Shown: one piece after another, positions 1 to 11,991 of the stretch
Position numbering within the stretch: position 1 is the first letter of the stretch
How the letters are laid out: every line of letters begins with the position of its first letter
Source of the DNA: Candidatus Marinacidobacterium sp.
Lineage (GTDB): Bacteria; Acidobacteriota; Vicinamibacteria; Marinacidobacterales; Marinacidobacteraceae
Direction: 5' to 3'
DNA: 64,000 nucleotides
Assembly: GCA_965220965.1 (NCBI GenBank)
Contig: OZ244852.1
Coordinates: 2,656,001-2,720,000 of the forward strand
Translations under genes and position numbers: made by a program
The notes under the pieces: model-generated
What the model was told of the DNA's origin: nothing
The model's database searches: none
Seen by the model: the letters and a program-made list of their open reading frames with translations, nothing else

Positions 1-200
1 TGATCCAGCGCCACACCAAGGCGAACCCGCGTCAGAACATCAAGGGCGGGATGGTGCAGCGGGAGGCGCCGATCGCGGTGAGCAACGTGATGCTCATTGA
101 CCCCGAGACGAACCTCCCCACGCGGATTCGTCGCTCCACGCTCACGGACGGCCGCAAGGTGCGGGTCAGCGTCCGTTCCGACGGGGTGATCGACAAGTGA
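1..200 (+). CDS. rplX: 50S ribosomal protein L24 (5'-truncated by window edge)
   Basis: Manual translation [34 protein letters not shown]...DGRKVRV; TGA 198-200 overlaps the rplE GTG; canonical spc operon order. Confidence 0.93.
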   Translation, partial: IQRHTKANPRQNIKGGMVQREAPIAVSNVMLIDPETNLPTRIRRSTLTDGRKVRVSVRSDGVIDK

Positions 201-745
201 GCCGCATCCGCGATCAGTACCGCGACCGGATCGCCGGCGAGTTGCGCGAACGGCTCGCGATCGCCAACGTCAACGCGATTCCGAAGATCACCAAGGTCGT
301 CGTCAACATGGGGGTCGGTGAAGGCGCGCGCGAGCACAAGTTCATCGATGCCGCGGTGAGCGATCTCCGGGCCATCACCGGTCAGCAGCCGGTGGTCACC
401 CGCGCCCGCAAGTCCATCGCGAACTTCAAGATCCGCGATGGGATGCCGGTGGGGGCCCGGGTGACTCTCCGCGGCGTGCGGATGTACGAGTTCATCGACC
501 GCCTGATCAACATCGCTCTCCCCCGGGTGCACGATTTCCGCGGCGTCCCGGAGCGCGCCTTCGACGGGCGGGGGAACTACACCCTGGGGTTGACCGACCA
601 GTCGGTCTTCCCCGAAATCGATTACTCGAAGATCGAGAAGACCCGGGGGATGAACATCACGATCTGTACGACCGCCGGCCAGGACGATCACGCGCGCGAA
701 CTGCTTCGCGCCTTCGGGATGCCGTTCGCGCGGCGCGAAGACTGA
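197..745 (+). CDS. rplE: 50S ribosomal protein L5
   Basis: [33 protein letters not shown] motifs. Confidence 0.98.
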   Translation: MSRIRDQYRDRIAGELRERLAIANVNAIPKITKVVVNMGVGEGAREHKFIDAAVSDLRAITGQQPVVTRARKSIANFKIRDGMPVGARVTLRGVRMYEFIDRLINIALPRVHDFRGVPERAFDGRGNYTLGLTDQSVFPEIDYSKIEKTRGMNITICTTAGQDDHARELLRAFGMPFARRED

Positions 746-764
746 TTGGGCTCGGGAGAGGACC

Positions 765-950
765 GTGGCGAAGAAATCACTGATTGCCAAGGCGAAGGCG
801 AAGCCCAAATTCCGGGTCCGCAAGTACAACCGCTGTCTCAGTTGCGGCCGCCCACGCGCCTACCTGCGCAAATTCGGGCTCTGCCGCCTCTGCTTTCGCA
901 AACTGGCCCTCGCCGGCGAGATTCCCGGCGTGATCAAGGCGAGCTGGTAG
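765..950 (+). CDS. rpsN: 30S ribosomal protein S14, short zinc-binding (type Z) form
   Basis: 61 aa; [26 protein letters not shown]; ends KASW; GAGG upstream of GTG. Confidence 0.98.
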   Translation: MAKKSLIAKAKAKPKFRVRKYNRCLSCGRPRAYLRKFGLCRLCFRKLALAGEIPGVIKASW

Positions 951-959
951 GAGCCTCCC

Positions 960-1355
960 ATGTGGTCTGACCCCATCGCCGACATGCTGACCCGCCTCCG
1001 GAACGCGGTCCGGGCCCGGCACGATTTCGTCGAGATTCCCGCTTCGGGTCTGAAGCAGGAAATCGCCCGCATCCTTCACGACGAGGGATACGTGGACGGC
1101 TGGGAGCGCGTCCCCCGCCCGCCGCAGGATGTCCTGCGGATCCGGATCCGCCGCCTGCCCGGCAATCGGGATGCGCTGACCGGTCTGAAGCGGGTCTCCA
1201 AGCCGGGCGCCCGGGTGTACGCCTCGAGCGCCGGCATCACGAAGACGCAGGGCGGTCTCGGCATCACCGTGCTCTCGACGTCGCGCGGCGTGATGACCGG
1301 ACGGCAGGCGCGCGAAATCGGCGTCGGCGGCGAGGTCCTTTGCCGGATCTGGTGA
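960..1355 (+). CDS. rpsH: 30S ribosomal protein S8
   Basis: [14 protein letters not shown]; SKPG-RVY; LSTSRGVMT; GGEVLC. Confidence 0.97.
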   Translation: MWSDPIADMLTRLRNAVRARHDFVEIPASGLKQEIARILHDEGYVDGWERVPRPPQDVLRIRIRRLPGNRDALTGLKRVSKPGARVYASSAGITKTQGGLGITVLSTSRGVMTGRQAREIGVGGEVLCRIW

Positions 1356-1389
1356 ACGCCGGCGCGAGTCGAGGTCCGAAGGAAGAACG

Positions 1390-1923
1390 ATGTCCCGTAT
1401 AGGCGCGAAGCCGATCCCGGTTCCGTCCGGGGTTTCCGTGGCGATCGAGAGCTCCCGGGTCCAGGTCAAGGGGCCGAAGGGCGCGCTCGCTTCGCCGATC
1501 CCTCCCGGCGTCGAGGTTCAGCAAGAGGATTCGGTTCTGACCGTGTCCCTGACGGACTCCTCGGGCGATCGGGCCATGTGGGGCCTCGCTCGCGCCCTCC
1601 TCGCGAACGCGGTGACCGGAGTCTCGACCGGGTTCCGGAAGGAGCTCGACATCGTGGGCGTCGGCTACCGCGCCCAGGTGAAGGGCCGCTCCGTGACGTT
1701 CGCGCTCGGATACTCGCACCCCATCGAATTCCCCCTGCCGGAGGGCATCGAGGTGCAGGTGGAGAAGAACACCCACATCGTGGTCTCCGGATACGACAAG
1801 CAGGTGGTCGGCGAGGTCGCCGCCCGGATGCGGGCGTTGCGCAAGCCCGACCCCTACAAGCACAAGGGCGTTCGCTATACCGGAGAGCGCCTCATCAAGA
1901 AGGCCGGCAAGACCGGCGCCTGA
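1390..1923 (+). CDS. rplF: 50S ribosomal protein L6
   Basis: MSRIGAKPI; GVGYRA; LGYSHP; [13 protein letters not shown]. Confidence 0.98.
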   Translation: MSRIGAKPIPVPSGVSVAIESSRVQVKGPKGALASPIPPGVEVQQEDSVLTVSLTDSSGDRAMWGLARALLANAVTGVSTGFRKELDIVGVGYRAQVKGRSVTFALGYSHPIEFPLPEGIEVQVEKNTHIVVSGYDKQVVGEVAARMRALRKPDPYKHKGVRYTGERLIKKAGKTGA

Positions 1924-1955
1924 GGCCCCTTCGCAAGAGCACCCGGGAGACCGAC

Positions 1956-2309
1956 ATGCCGAACCGTCCCCGCCGCGATGTGCGGCGGCGCATCCACGCC
2001 CGGATCCGCCGGAAGGTCGTGGGGACCTCCGGGCGCCCGCGGCTGGCCGTCTTCCGGTCGCTGAAGCACATCTACGCCCAGGTGATCGACGACGCCGCCG
2101 GACGCACGCTGGCCTCGGCGGGAAGCCGCGAGCCCGGGATGGGCGCCGGCGGTAACGCCCAGGGCGCCTCCGCGGTGGGGACGGCCCTCGCCGAGCGGGC
2201 GCGCGCGGCGGGCATCGAGACGGTGGTCTTCGACCGGGGCGGGGTGAAGTACCACGGGCGGGTCAAGGCGCTCGCCGACGCGGTGCGTGAAGGAGGCATC
2301 CGGTGCTGA
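1956..2309 (+). CDS. rplR: 50S ribosomal protein L18
   Basis: C-terminal part of track ORF 1578..2309; ATG 1956 after GGAGA; [37 protein letters not shown]. Confidence 0.96.
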   Translation: MPNRPRRDVRRRIHARIRRKVVGTSGRPRLAVFRSLKHIYAQVIDDAAGRTLASAGSREPGMGAGGNAQGASAVGTALAERARAAGIETVVFDRGGVKYHGRVKALADAVREGGIRC

Positions 2310-2866
2310 GCATGGATCCCTCGGGACGCCGTCCCGGGCGCGGACCCCGCAACACCCAGCTCGAGCGGACGGGAGATCCCGACCTCAAGGACAAGGTGGT
2401 TTCGATCAACCGCGTCACCAAGGTCGTGAAGGGCGGCAAGAACCTGTCCTTCTCCGCCCTCGTCGTGGTGGGCAACGAGGACGGCCGGGTCGGATTCGGC
2501 CTGGGCAAGGCCCGCGAGGTTCCGGCGGCGATCAAGAAGGGGATCGAGATCGCCAAGAAGAACATGACCGACATCCCCCGCGAGGGCTCCACGATCGCTC
2601 ACGAAGTCGTGGGGATCTTCGGCGCCGGCCGCGTTCTGCTGAAGCCCGCGTCGAAGGGGACCGGCGTGATCGCCGGCGGGCCGGTCCGGGCGGTCATCGA
2701 GCTCGCCGGGATCCGCGACATCCTGACGAAGTCGCTCGGGACGGCGAACCCCAAGAACGTGGTGGAGGCCACGATGGCCGGGCTGCTGTCGCTGCGCTCC
2801 CGCAAGGGCGTGGCGGAGCTTCGCGGCAAGGATGTCAGCCACATCGAGGCCGAGATCCGCGCGTAA
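2303..2866 (+). CDS. rpsE: 30S ribosomal protein S5
   Basis: [29 protein letters not shown]; AGGAGG at 2291-2296. Confidence 0.97.
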   Translation: MLSMDPSGRRPGRGPRNTQLERTGDPDLKDKVVSINRVTKVVKGGKNLSFSALVVVGNEDGRVGFGLGKAREVPAAIKKGIEIAKKNMTDIPREGSTIAHEVVGIFGAGRVLLKPASKGTGVIAGGPVRAVIELAGIRDILTKSLGTANPKNVVEATMAGLLSLRSRKGVAELRGKDVSHIEAEIRA

Positions 2867-2880
2867 CGAGGACAACCGTC

Positions 2881-3129
2881 ATGACATCCACTGGCGCCGG
2901 CGCGGCCTCCGGGTCGCCGGCGATCATCGTGCAGCAGGTGCGCGGACTCGCCGGGTCCACCCGCGCCCAGCGGAACGTCGTCCGCGGGCTCGGACTGCGA
3001 CGGATCGGCCACACCGTGACCCGCCCGGACAACCCGATGACTCGGGGGATGGTGGCCCGGGTGCCCCATCTGGTCCGGATCGTGGAGTCCGATCCGTCGT
3101 CCGCCGACGCCGGAAGGAGCGAGTCGTGA
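2881..3129 (+). CDS. rpmD: 50S ribosomal protein L30 with short N- and C-terminal extensions
   Basis: [11 protein letters not shown]...[30 protein letters not shown]; lies between rpsE and rplO. Confidence 0.92.
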   Translation: MTSTGAGAASGSPAIIVQQVRGLAGSTRAQRNVVRGLGLRRIGHTVTRPDNPMTRGMVARVPHLVRIVESDPSSADAGRSES

Positions 3130-3661
3130 GTCTCCACGAGCTGAAGCCGCCCGAGGGGGCCGTCCGGCCCAGAAAGCGCCGTGGCCGCGGTCCCGGTTCG
3201 GGGACCGGAAAGACCGCCGGGCGCGGACACAAGGGCGCCCGTTCCCGTTCCGGGTACTCGCTTCGCCGCGGGTTCGAGGGCGGCCAGATGCCGCTCATCC
3301 GCCGCGTCCCGAAGCGGGGCTTCACGAACATCTTCCGTCAGGAGTACGAGGTGGTGAACCTGACGGACCTCGCCCGCTTCAGCGAGGGCTCCGTCGTCTC
3401 GGAGCGCGAGCTGGCGGAGGCGCGCCTGGTGCGCGGCGTCCGGGTGGTCCCCCGCGGCCCCGATGACGAGCCGCGGCTGGTCCGCCGCCGCGGGTTCCGG
3501 GTGAAGGTTCTCGGCGACGGCGAACTCGACCGCCGCCTCACGGTCCGCGCGCACGCCTTCAGCGCCGCCGCCCGCCGCAAGATCGAGGCGGCCGGTGGCG
3601 CGGCGGAAGTTCTTCCGGTGGGGGCGGGCGCCCCCGACACGACTCCGGACGAGGACGGTTC

Positions 3662-3665
<4 letters not shown>
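3126..3665 (+). CDS. rplO: 50S ribosomal protein L15
   Basis: GTG 3126; [44 protein letters not shown]. Confidence 0.96.
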
Positions 3666-5044
<1,379 letters not shown>

Positions 5045-5064
5045 GCATTCCGGGAGATCCCAAG

Positions 5065-5646
5065 ATGCGCGCGGTCATCCTGCTCGGCGCTCCCGGCGCC
5101 GGCAAAGGGACGCAGGCGGAGCGTCTGGCCGCGGAGCTCCGCCTTCCGCACATCTCCACCGGGGCGATCCTGCGCCAGGCCGCCTCCGAGGGGACGCCGC
5201 TGGGCCTCGAGGCCAAGCGGATCATGGAGGCGGGGGAGCTGGTGAGCGACGCCCTCGTGCTCGGGATCGTCGAGGAGCGCATCGGCGCCGCGGACTGTCG
5301 CGAGGGCTTCATTCTCGACGGCTATCCCCGGAACCGGGCGCAGGGCGAGGCGCTCGATGCGCTGCTGGACCGGATCGGAGCGGAGACCCTGGTCGTCAAC
5401 ATCGAGGTTCCCACCGCGGAGCTCGAGGCCAGGATTCGCGGGCGCCGTCAGGAAGGGGGCCGCGATGACGACTCCGAGACCGCGCTCCGTCGTCGTCTCG
5501 CGGTCTACGAGTCCGAGACCCGCCCGCTTCTCGACCACTACGTGGGCCGGGTGACCGGCATCGCCGGGGTCGGCTCGCGGGACGATGTCTTCGGGCGGAT
5601 CCTGGAGGCGGTCCCCGGGGTTGCAGTGGGAGCCGGGTCCCGATGA
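5065..5646 (+). CDS. adk: Adenylate kinase, short-LID type
   Basis: ATG 5065; LLGAPGAGKGTQA, HISTG, FILDGYPRN, R-DD; no long LID domain. Confidence 0.96.
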   Translation: MRAVILLGAPGAGKGTQAERLAAELRLPHISTGAILRQAASEGTPLGLEAKRIMEAGELVSDALVLGIVEERIGAADCREGFILDGYPRNRAQGEALDALLDRIGAETLVVNIEVPTAELEARIRGRRQEGGRDDDSETALRRRLAVYESETRPLLDHYVGRVTGIAGVGSRDDVFGRILEAVPGVAVGAGSR

Positions 5647-6437
5647 TCGCGCGAACGGACGCCGAGCTGGACAAGCTCCACCAGGCGAACGCCATCACCG
5701 TGGAAACGCTCGAGCTTCTCTCCCGCACCGTGGAGCCCGGCATGACGACGGCGCACCTCGACCGGGTGGCGGCGAAGAACCTCAGGCGTCACGGCGTCAA
5801 GTCGGCGTTCAAGGGGTACCAGGGTTTTCCGGCGACGCTGTGCGTTTCGGTGAACGATGAGGTCGTCCACGGCATCCCTTCGCGCTGGCGGCGTCTCCGG
5901 GACGGCGACATCGTGAGTCTCGACTTCGGGTGCATCGTGGACGGCTACTACGGGGACAACGCCATGACCGTGCCGGTCGGGACGGTCGACTCCGAGACGG
6001 CCCGTCTGCTCGAGACCACCGAGCGCGCGCTCCACGCCGGCATTGCGGCGGCGCGTCCCGGGAGTCCGGTCTCCGCCATCGGCTACGCGGTATCGGATTT
6101 CGTTCGGAGCGAGGGCTTCTCGATCGTCCGCGAGTACGGCGGGCACGGGATCGGCACGAGTCTCCATTCGGACCCGTTCATTCCCAACTTCGGGGATCCG
6201 CGCCAGACGACCCGGCTCGTCGCCGGCGGGGTCATCGCCATCGAACCGATGGTGAACCGGGGTGGTCCCGCGGTCCGCGTGAAGCGGGATCGCTGGACGG
6301 TGGTCACGAAGGACGGCAGCCTGTCGGCCCATTTCGAGCGCTCCATCGCCATTACGGATGACGGCGCCTGGGTCCTCGCGGAGCCCCGCGGGGGCGGCGG
6401 CGAGCCGGAGCAGACAACCCGCGGAGGCGGAGCATGA
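5643..6437 (+). CDS. map: Type I methionine aminopeptidase
   Basis: [35 protein letters not shown]. Confidence 0.97.
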   Translation: MIARTDAELDKLHQANAITVETLELLSRTVEPGMTTAHLDRVAAKNLRRHGVKSAFKGYQGFPATLCVSVNDEVVHGIPSRWRRLRDGDIVSLDFGCIVDGYYGDNAMTVPVGTVDSETARLLETTERALHAGIAAARPGSPVSAIGYAVSDFVRSEGFSIVREYGGHGIGTSLHSDPFIPNFGDPRQTTRLVAGGVIAIEPMVNRGGPAVRVKRDRWTVVTKDGSLSAHFERSIAITDDGAWVLAEPRGGGGEPEQTTRGGGA

Positions 6438-6655
6438 CGAAGGAAGGCGCGATTTCCGTGGAGGCCACCGTGATGGAGCCTCTGCCGAACGCGATGTTCC
6501 GGGTCAAGCTGGACAGCGGCGACCACAAGGTGCTCGCTCACGTGTCCGGCAAGATGCGGAAGAGTTTCATCAAGGTGCTGCCGGGCGACCGGGTGCTCGT
6601 GGAGCTGTCGCCCTACGACCTGAGTCGCGGCCGCATCGTCTACCGGTGCAAATAG
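6434..6655 (+). CDS. infA: Translation initiation factor IF-1
   Basis: [33 protein letters not shown]. Confidence 0.98.
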   Translation: MTKEGAISVEATVMEPLPNAMFRVKLDSGDHKVLAHVSGKMRKSFIKVLPGDRVLVELSPYDLSRGRIVYRCK

Positions 6656-6685
6656 CTGCGGTTCGGGGCCCAGGAGGGAACGGTC

Positions 6686-6799
6686 ATGAAGGTGCGCACA
6701 TCGGTTCGCAGGATCTGCGCCAAGTGCCGGATCATTCGCCGCCGGGGAGTCGTGCGGGTGATCTGCGAGAACCCCAAGCACAAGCAGCGTCAGGGGTGA
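6686..6799 (+). CDS. rpmJ: 50S ribosomal protein L36 (absent from ORF track)
   Basis: Manual translation [37 protein letters not shown]; AGGAGG upstream. Confidence 0.97.
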   Translation: MKVRTSVRRICAKCRIIRRRGVVRVICENPKHKQRQG

Positions 6800-6867
6800 T
6801 CGGGATGACTGCAGCCATTTCGCGCCGACGGGACGGCTCCCCGCGGGCGACCTGAGGAGGAGCTTCC

Positions 6868-7227
6868 ATGGCGAGGATCGCAGGCGTGGACCTGCCGCGC
6901 GGCAAGCGGATCGATGTCGGTCTGACCTACATTTACGGAGTCGGCGCCTTCCGCGCCGGCCGGGTGCTGGAACAGGCCGGAATCGAACCGGGCCGCCGGG
7001 TCAGCGAGTTGACCGAAGAGGAAGTCAGCCGCATCGGAAGGATCGTGGAAGCCGAAGGCAGCGTCGAGGGAGACCTCCGCAAGCGGCTTTCCATGGATCT
7101 CAAGCGGCTCATGGACATCGGCTGCTACCGCGGCCTCCGCCACCGGCGCGGCCTGCCGGCGCGGGGACAGCGGACCAAGACGAACTCCCGCACGCGGCGA
7201 GGTCCGCGGCGCGGGATGCGGCGTTAG
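6868..7227 (+). CDS. rpsM: 30S ribosomal protein S13
   Basis: [31 protein letters not shown]. Confidence 0.98.
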   Translation: MARIAGVDLPRGKRIDVGLTYIYGVGAFRAGRVLEQAGIEPGRRVSELTEEEVSRIGRIVEAEGSVEGDLRKRLSMDLKRLMDIGCYRGLRHRRGLPARGQRTKTNSRTRRGPRRGMRR

Positions 7228-7248
7228 CGCGAAACGGAACTACAGGAC

Positions 7249-7647
7249 ATGGCGAAGAAAAAGGCGAAACGCCGCACCGGCAAGAAGCGCGAGAGGCGCA
7301 CCCTGACCGCCGGCGTGGTCTCGGTTCAGGCGACCTACCACAACACGATCATCACGTTCGCCGATCCGGCGGGCAACGTCGTGTGCTGGTCGAGCGCCGG
7401 AGCCCAGGGCTTCAGCGGCTCCCGCAAGCAGACGCCGTTCGCCGCCCAGCAGGCGGCGGGGGCGGCCGCCCGCGAGGCGCGGACGCTGGGCTGCACCCAT
7501 GTGGAGGTTCGGGTCAAGGGGCCCGGCTCCGGGCGTGAAGCCGCGATCCGCGCGGTGGCCGCCGCCGGGATCGAAGTGAAGTCCATCCGGGACGTCACCC
7601 CGATCCCCCACAACGGCTGTCGCCCGCCCAAGAAGCGACGGAACTAG
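7249..7647 (+). CDS. rpsK: 30S ribosomal protein S11
   Basis: [38 protein letters not shown]. Confidence 0.98.
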   Translation: MAKKKAKRRTGKKRERRTLTAGVVSVQATYHNTIITFADPAGNVVCWSSAGAQGFSGSRKQTPFAAQQAAGAAAREARTLGCTHVEVRVKGPGSGREAAIRAVAAAGIEVKSIRDVTPIPHNGCRPPKKRRN

Positions 7648-7657
7648 GAGAAGCGAC

Positions 7658-8290
7658 TTGGCGAGATACCGAGGCCCCGTCTGCCGGCTGTGCCGGCGGG
7701 AAGGGGCGAAGCTGTTCCTGAAGGGCGAGCGCTGTCTCACCCCGAAGTGCGCCATCGACAAGCGGAACTTCGCTCCCGGCGCCCATGGCAAGTCCCGGCG
7801 CAGCCGGGTTCAGGGCTACGGGCTGCAGCTCCGCGAGAAGCAGAAGGCGAAGCGCGTGTACGGCGTGCTCGAGCGTCAGTTCCGGCTCTATTTCGAGCAG
7901 GCCGAGCGCCAGCGGGCCGTTACCGGCACGTATCTGCTCCAGCTTCTGGAGCGGCGGCTCGACAACACGGTCTACCGGCTCGGCCTCGCGCCTTCGCGCG
8001 CCGCGGCCCGGCTGTTCGTGCGACACGGCCACGTCGAACTGAACGGCAGGCGGGTGGACATTCCCTCCTGCATCGTGAACCAGGGCGACGTGATCAAGGT
8101 CGCGGAGAGGACCCGCAAGAAGGACTTCTTCAAGCAGCTTCTGGAGGCGGCCGAGGGGCGGACGGTCCCTGACTGGCTCGAAAGGGAGGCCGAGGACCTG
8201 GCCACCGGTCGCGTGACGGCGCTCCCCACCGGGGACGACCCGCAGCTCAAGATCCGCGAGCAGCTCATCGTCGAGCTGTACTCGCGGTAG
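7658..8290 (+). CDS. rpsD: 30S ribosomal protein S4 (Cys-containing N-terminus)
   Basis: TTG start; CRLCRREG, LREKQK, LERRLDN, IVELYSR. Confidence 0.98.
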   Translation: MARYRGPVCRLCRREGAKLFLKGERCLTPKCAIDKRNFAPGAHGKSRRSRVQGYGLQLREKQKAKRVYGVLERQFRLYFEQAERQRAVTGTYLLQLLERRLDNTVYRLGLAPSRAAARLFVRHGHVELNGRRVDIPSCIVNQGDVIKVAERTRKKDFFKQLLEAAEGRTVPDWLEREAEDLATGRVTALPTGDDPQLKIREQLIVELYSR

Positions 8291-8300
8291 GAAAGACCCA

Positions 8301-9272
8301 GTGACGAACGACGGAATTCTGGAACTCCAAAGCCCCCGGGGGCTGAATGTCGAGGAGAGCACCGATGTCTACGGCCGCTTCTCCGCATCTCCCTTCGAGC
8401 GCGGCTGGGGAGTCACGGTCGGGAACGCCCTGCGGCGGATGCTGATCGCCTCGATCGAGGGGGCCGCCGTGACCGCGGTCCGGTTCGAGGGAGTCCAGCA
8501 CGAGCTCTCGACGATCCCCGGGGTCAAGGAAGACACCCTCGACATCATCCTGAACATCTCCCGGGTGCCGCTCCGGGTCCACGGCGATGAGCCGAGGACG
8601 ATCCATCTGAGCGCCAGCAAGCCCGGAGCGCTGACCTCCGGCGCCATCCGGACGGATCCCAACGTGGATGTCCTCGACCCGGACGTGCACATCGCCACGA
8701 TGACCCAGCCGGGCAACCTGGAAATCGAGATGCGCGTCCGCAACGGTCGCGGCTACGTCACGGCGGAACGGAACCGCGAGCGGGAAGAGAACCTGGATGT
8801 GGGTTACATCCCGGTGGACTCCTCCCATTCGCCGGTGCGCCGGGTGAACTTCAAGGTGGAGCCGGCCCGGGTGGGCCAGGACACCGACTTCGACAAGCTG
8901 GTGCTGGAAGTGTTCACGAACGGCGCGGTCGGGCCGCAGGAAGCGATGGGCACCGCCTCGCGCCTGCTCCGGGACATGCTGGGCATCTTCGGCGGCGGCG
9001 ATGACGAGATCCTCGACGGGATTCCGGTCTCCGACGACCAGAAGGCCTTCGAGAAGTACCGCGAGGTCCAGATCGACGAGTACGCGCAGCAGCTTTCGGT
9101 GCGCGCCTACAACGGGCTGCGGAACGCCGGCATCGAGACGCTGGGCGATCTCGTCCTGAAGAGTGAACGGGATCTCCTGCGCGAACGCAACATCGGCCGG
9201 AAGAGCATCGAGGAGATCCAGCGGATCCTCGGACCCCTGAATCTCAGGCTCGGAATGGGAGGCGGCGACTGA
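8301..9272 (+). CDS. rpoA: DNA-directed RNA polymerase subunit alpha
   Basis: PFERGWGVTVGNALRR, GRGYV, SPVRRV, CTD LSVRAYNGL...NIGRKS. Confidence 0.98.
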   Translation: MTNDGILELQSPRGLNVEESTDVYGRFSASPFERGWGVTVGNALRRMLIASIEGAAVTAVRFEGVQHELSTIPGVKEDTLDIILNISRVPLRVHGDEPRTIHLSASKPGALTSGAIRTDPNVDVLDPDVHIATMTQPGNLEIEMRVRNGRGYVTAERNREREENLDVGYIPVDSSHSPVRRVNFKVEPARVGQDTDFDKLVLEVFTNGAVGPQEAMGTASRLLRDMLGIFGGGDDEILDGIPVSDDQKAFEKYREVQIDEYAQQLSVRAYNGLRNAGIETLGDLVLKSERDLLRERNIGRKSIEEIQRILGPLNLRLGMGGGD

Positions 9273-9273
9273 G

Positions 9274-9627
9274 ATGCGCCACCGTCTCGCGCACCGCAAG
9301 CTGGGCCGGAGTTCGGCCCACCGGCGGGCGCTCCTCCGGAACCTCTCGGCGACCCTGATCGAGCACGGTCACCTGCGGACCACGCTGGCCAAGGCCAAGG
9401 AAGTGCGCCCCTTCGTGGAGCGGCTGGTGACGCTCGGCCGCCGGACGGATCTCCACGCCCGGCGCCGGGCGCTTCAGATCCTTCCCCGGAAGGCCATCGT
9501 GGCCCACCTCTTCTCCGAAGTCGGCCCGAAGTTCACCGATCGCCCCGGCGGCTACACGCGGATCCTCAAGCTCGGACCACGCAAGGGAGACGGCGCTCCC
9601 ATGGCCCGCATCGAGTTCGTCGACTGA
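9274..9627 (+). CDS. rplQ: 50S ribosomal protein L17
   Basis: MRHRLAHRKLGR, RPGGYTRILKLGPRKGDGAPMA. Confidence 0.98.
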   Translation: MRHRLAHRKLGRSSAHRRALLRNLSATLIEHGHLRTTLAKAKEVRPFVERLVTLGRRTDLHARRRALQILPRKAIVAHLFSEVGPKFTDRPGGYTRILKLGPRKGDGAPMARIEFVD

Positions 9628-9663
9628 CGCGAGGGCGCCCCTGATCGGGGTTGCCCGCCCGCG

Positions 9664-9694
9664 CCGGGAGCGGCGTTCGTCGCTCCCGGTTTCT
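9664..9694 (+). terminator. GC-rich hairpin between convergent rplQ and EF-G paralogue; probable terminator
   Basis: CCGGGAGCGG-cgttcg-TCGCTCCCGG followed by TTTC. Confidence 0.6.
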
Positions 9695-11757
9695 CAGTCC
9701 TTCGAGCGGTGCGCCTCGATGAGCTGCTTCGCGAGGTTGGCGGGCACCGGCTCGTAGTGCGAGAACTCCATGTGGAAGCCGCCGCGGCCGCCGGTGAGTG
9801 AGGTCAGCGTCGGTTCGTAGGTGAGCATCTCCGCCATCGGCGCCTGGGCCTGGATGGCGGTCTTGTCTCCCTTCTTGTCCATCCCCTGCGTCCGGCCGCG
9901 CCGGGCGTTCAGGTCCCCGAGCACATCTCCGGTGGCGTCATCCGGAACGGTGATCTCGACCGACATGATGGGTTCGAGCAGCGTCGGCCGGCACTGCGCC
10001 ATCGCGTCCTTGAACGCGAGCGAGGCGGCGATCTTGAAGGCGATCTCGGAGGAGTCCACCGCGTGGAACTTCCCGTCGAAGACGGTGGCCTTGAAGTCCA
10101 CGACCGGGTACCCCGCCAGGTAGCCCTTCTGCCTCGCCTCCTGGAAGCCCTTTTCGATCGCGGGGATGAACTGGCGCGGGATCGCGCCCCCCACGATCTT
10201 GCTCTCGAACTGGAAGTCCTCCCCGCGCTCCAGGGGCTCGACCCGCACGTGGCAGTCGGCGAACTGCCCGTGTCCCCCGGTCTGCTTCTTGTGGCGGCCG
10301 TGCGCTTCGGCCGAAGCCGTGATCGTCTCCCGGTACGGGACCCGCGGCGGCTTCAGGTCGACCTCGACGCCGTACTTGCGCTTGAGGCGCGAGACCACGA
10401 TCTCGATGTGAAGCTGTCCGGTTCCCGAGAGGCGCAGTTCCTGGTCCCGTTCGAAGCGGAGCGTGAGGTCCTCCTCGGCGAGCCGGTTGAGCGCCTGGGA
10501 GATCTTCTCCTCGTCGCCGCGCGAACGGGGCTCGATGGCGAAGCTGATGACCGGGTGGGGAACCTCGGGTCGGACGAAGCGGATCCCGTCCTCGATCGCG
10601 AGGGTGTCTCCGGTCGCGGTGTCCTTCAGCTTGGCGAAACACCCCAGGTCGCCGGCGGCCAGCGACGTCACCGCCTCCAGGTTCTTGCCGTTCATCAGGT
10701 TGACGCCGCCGATCCGCTCCATCGTCCCGTTCGTCAGGTTCCGGAGCGGCTCGTCCGCGGTGAGCGTCCCGGTCATGACCCGGAAGAGGCTGAGCCGTCC
10801 CGCAAAGGGGTCGGCGATGGTCTTGAACACGTAGACCCGGGGGGATTCGTCGGCGGAGACCGCGCATTCCGCCGGCTCCCCGTCCGCGGAGACGCCGCGG
10901 GCGGGGCCGCGGCCGGCCGGCTCGGGGGCGACGCCGGCGATCAGGTCGAGGAGCGCCGCGGCGCCGATGTTCCGGGCGCCAGAGGTGGCCACCACCGGAA
11001 AGATCTCGCGGGCCGCGACGCCCTTGCGCAGTCCCTCGACCATCTCCTCCGCGCTCAGTTCGCCCTCGTCGAAGAACCGCTCCATGAGCGCTTCGTCGGA
11101 TTCGGCGATCATCTCCATGAGCTCCGAACGGGCTTCCTCGGCCGCCTCCCGGAGTTCGTCCGGAACGTCCCCGACCTCGGGCGTCCGGGCCTCCGGCCCG
11201 GGTCCGCTCACCGCCTTCATCCGGATCAGGTCCACAACGCCGGAGAACCCGGACTCGCTGCCGATGGGCAACTGGACCGGGATGGCGGTCCTGCCGAAGG
11301 TCTCCTGGATCCCGGCGACCGCCCGGTTGAAGGAGGCGCGATCCCGGTCCAGCCGGCTGACCGCGAAGATCACCGCGGCCTTCCCCGCCTCCGCGAAATT
11401 CCAGACGCGCTCGGTGTTCACGCCGACTCCGTCCACGCCGCAGACCGAAATCAGCGCGGTGTCCGCGGCCGGCATGGCGAGCCGGGCCTCGGTGAGGAAG
11501 TTGCTGTAGCCCGGCGTGTCGAGCAGATTGATCTTGGCGCCCTCCCACTCGCAGCGGGTCAGGGCGGCGCTCAGGCTGTGCCCGCGCGCGATTTCGTCGT
11601 CATCAAAGTCGGTGACCGTGTTGCCCTCTTCGACGCGCCCGAGGCGGGTCACGGCGCCGGCGCTGTAGAGAAGCGCCGAGACGAGGGTCGTCTTGCCCGA
11701 TGTGCCGTGGCCGGCGACGGCGAGGTTCCGGATGTCGGCGGTCTGGGTGTGGCTCAT
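9694..11757 (-). CDS. Elongation factor G-like protein (EF-G2 paralogue)
   Basis: AGHGTSGKTTL, DTPGY, YRETI, KKQTGGHGQF, DSSEIAF; 687 aa; outside the str operon. Confidence 0.93.
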   Translation of the reverse strand: MSHTQTADIRNLAVAGHGTSGKTTLVSALLYSAGAVTRLGRVEEGNTVTDFDDDEIARGHSLSAALTRCEWEGAKINLLDTPGYSNFLTEARLAMPAADTALISVCGVDGVGVNTERVWNFAEAGKAAVIFAVSRLDRDRASFNRAVAGIQETFGRTAIPVQLPIGSESGFSGVVDLIRMKAVSGPGPEARTPEVGDVPDELREAAEEARSELMEMIAESDEALMERFFDEGELSAEEMVEGLRKGVAAREIFPVVATSGARNIGAAALLDLIAGVAPEPAGRGPARGVSADGEPAECAVSADESPRVYVFKTIADPFAGRLSLFRVMTGTLTADEPLRNLTNGTMERIGGVNLMNGKNLEAVTSLAAGDLGCFAKLKDTATGDTLAIEDGIRFVRPEVPHPVISFAIEPRSRGDEEKISQALNRLAEEDLTLRFERDQELRLSGTGQLHIEIVVSRLKRKYGVEVDLKPPRVPYRETITASAEAHGRHKKQTGGHGQFADCHVRVEPLERGEDFQFESKIVGGAIPRQFIPAIEKGFQEARQKGYLAGYPVVDFKATVFDGKFHAVDSSEIAFKIAASLAFKDAMAQCRPTLLEPIMSVEITVPDDATGDVLGDLNARRGRTQGMDKKGDKTAIQAQAPMAEMLTYEPTLTSLTGGRGGFHMEFSHYEPVPANLAKQLIEAHRSKD

Positions 11758-11991
11758 GCTCCTCCCTTCACGGGGGCTGGTTCGATCGCCGGGAGGGCGC
11801 CCTTCGCCCTCGCCGGGAAATGGGGTCTGGACGGTTCAAACCCCGGAACGCCAAGCCGCAAGGGCGGCCGAAACGCAACCTCCGATCCTACCATTCCGGG
11901 GGCCGTTCGCGGGCCGCCACGGATTCCCGGAAGGGACAGGCTGCTAGGCTCTTCCCGGGGCTTCGGTGGGGGCGCCGGACCCCCGAATCAC

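Noticed and set aside
11758-11991. Possible riboswitch or leader RNA upstream of the EF-G paralogue
   Set aside because: Only a short GAGGGCG/CGCCCTC hairpin; no recognisable riboswitch consensus
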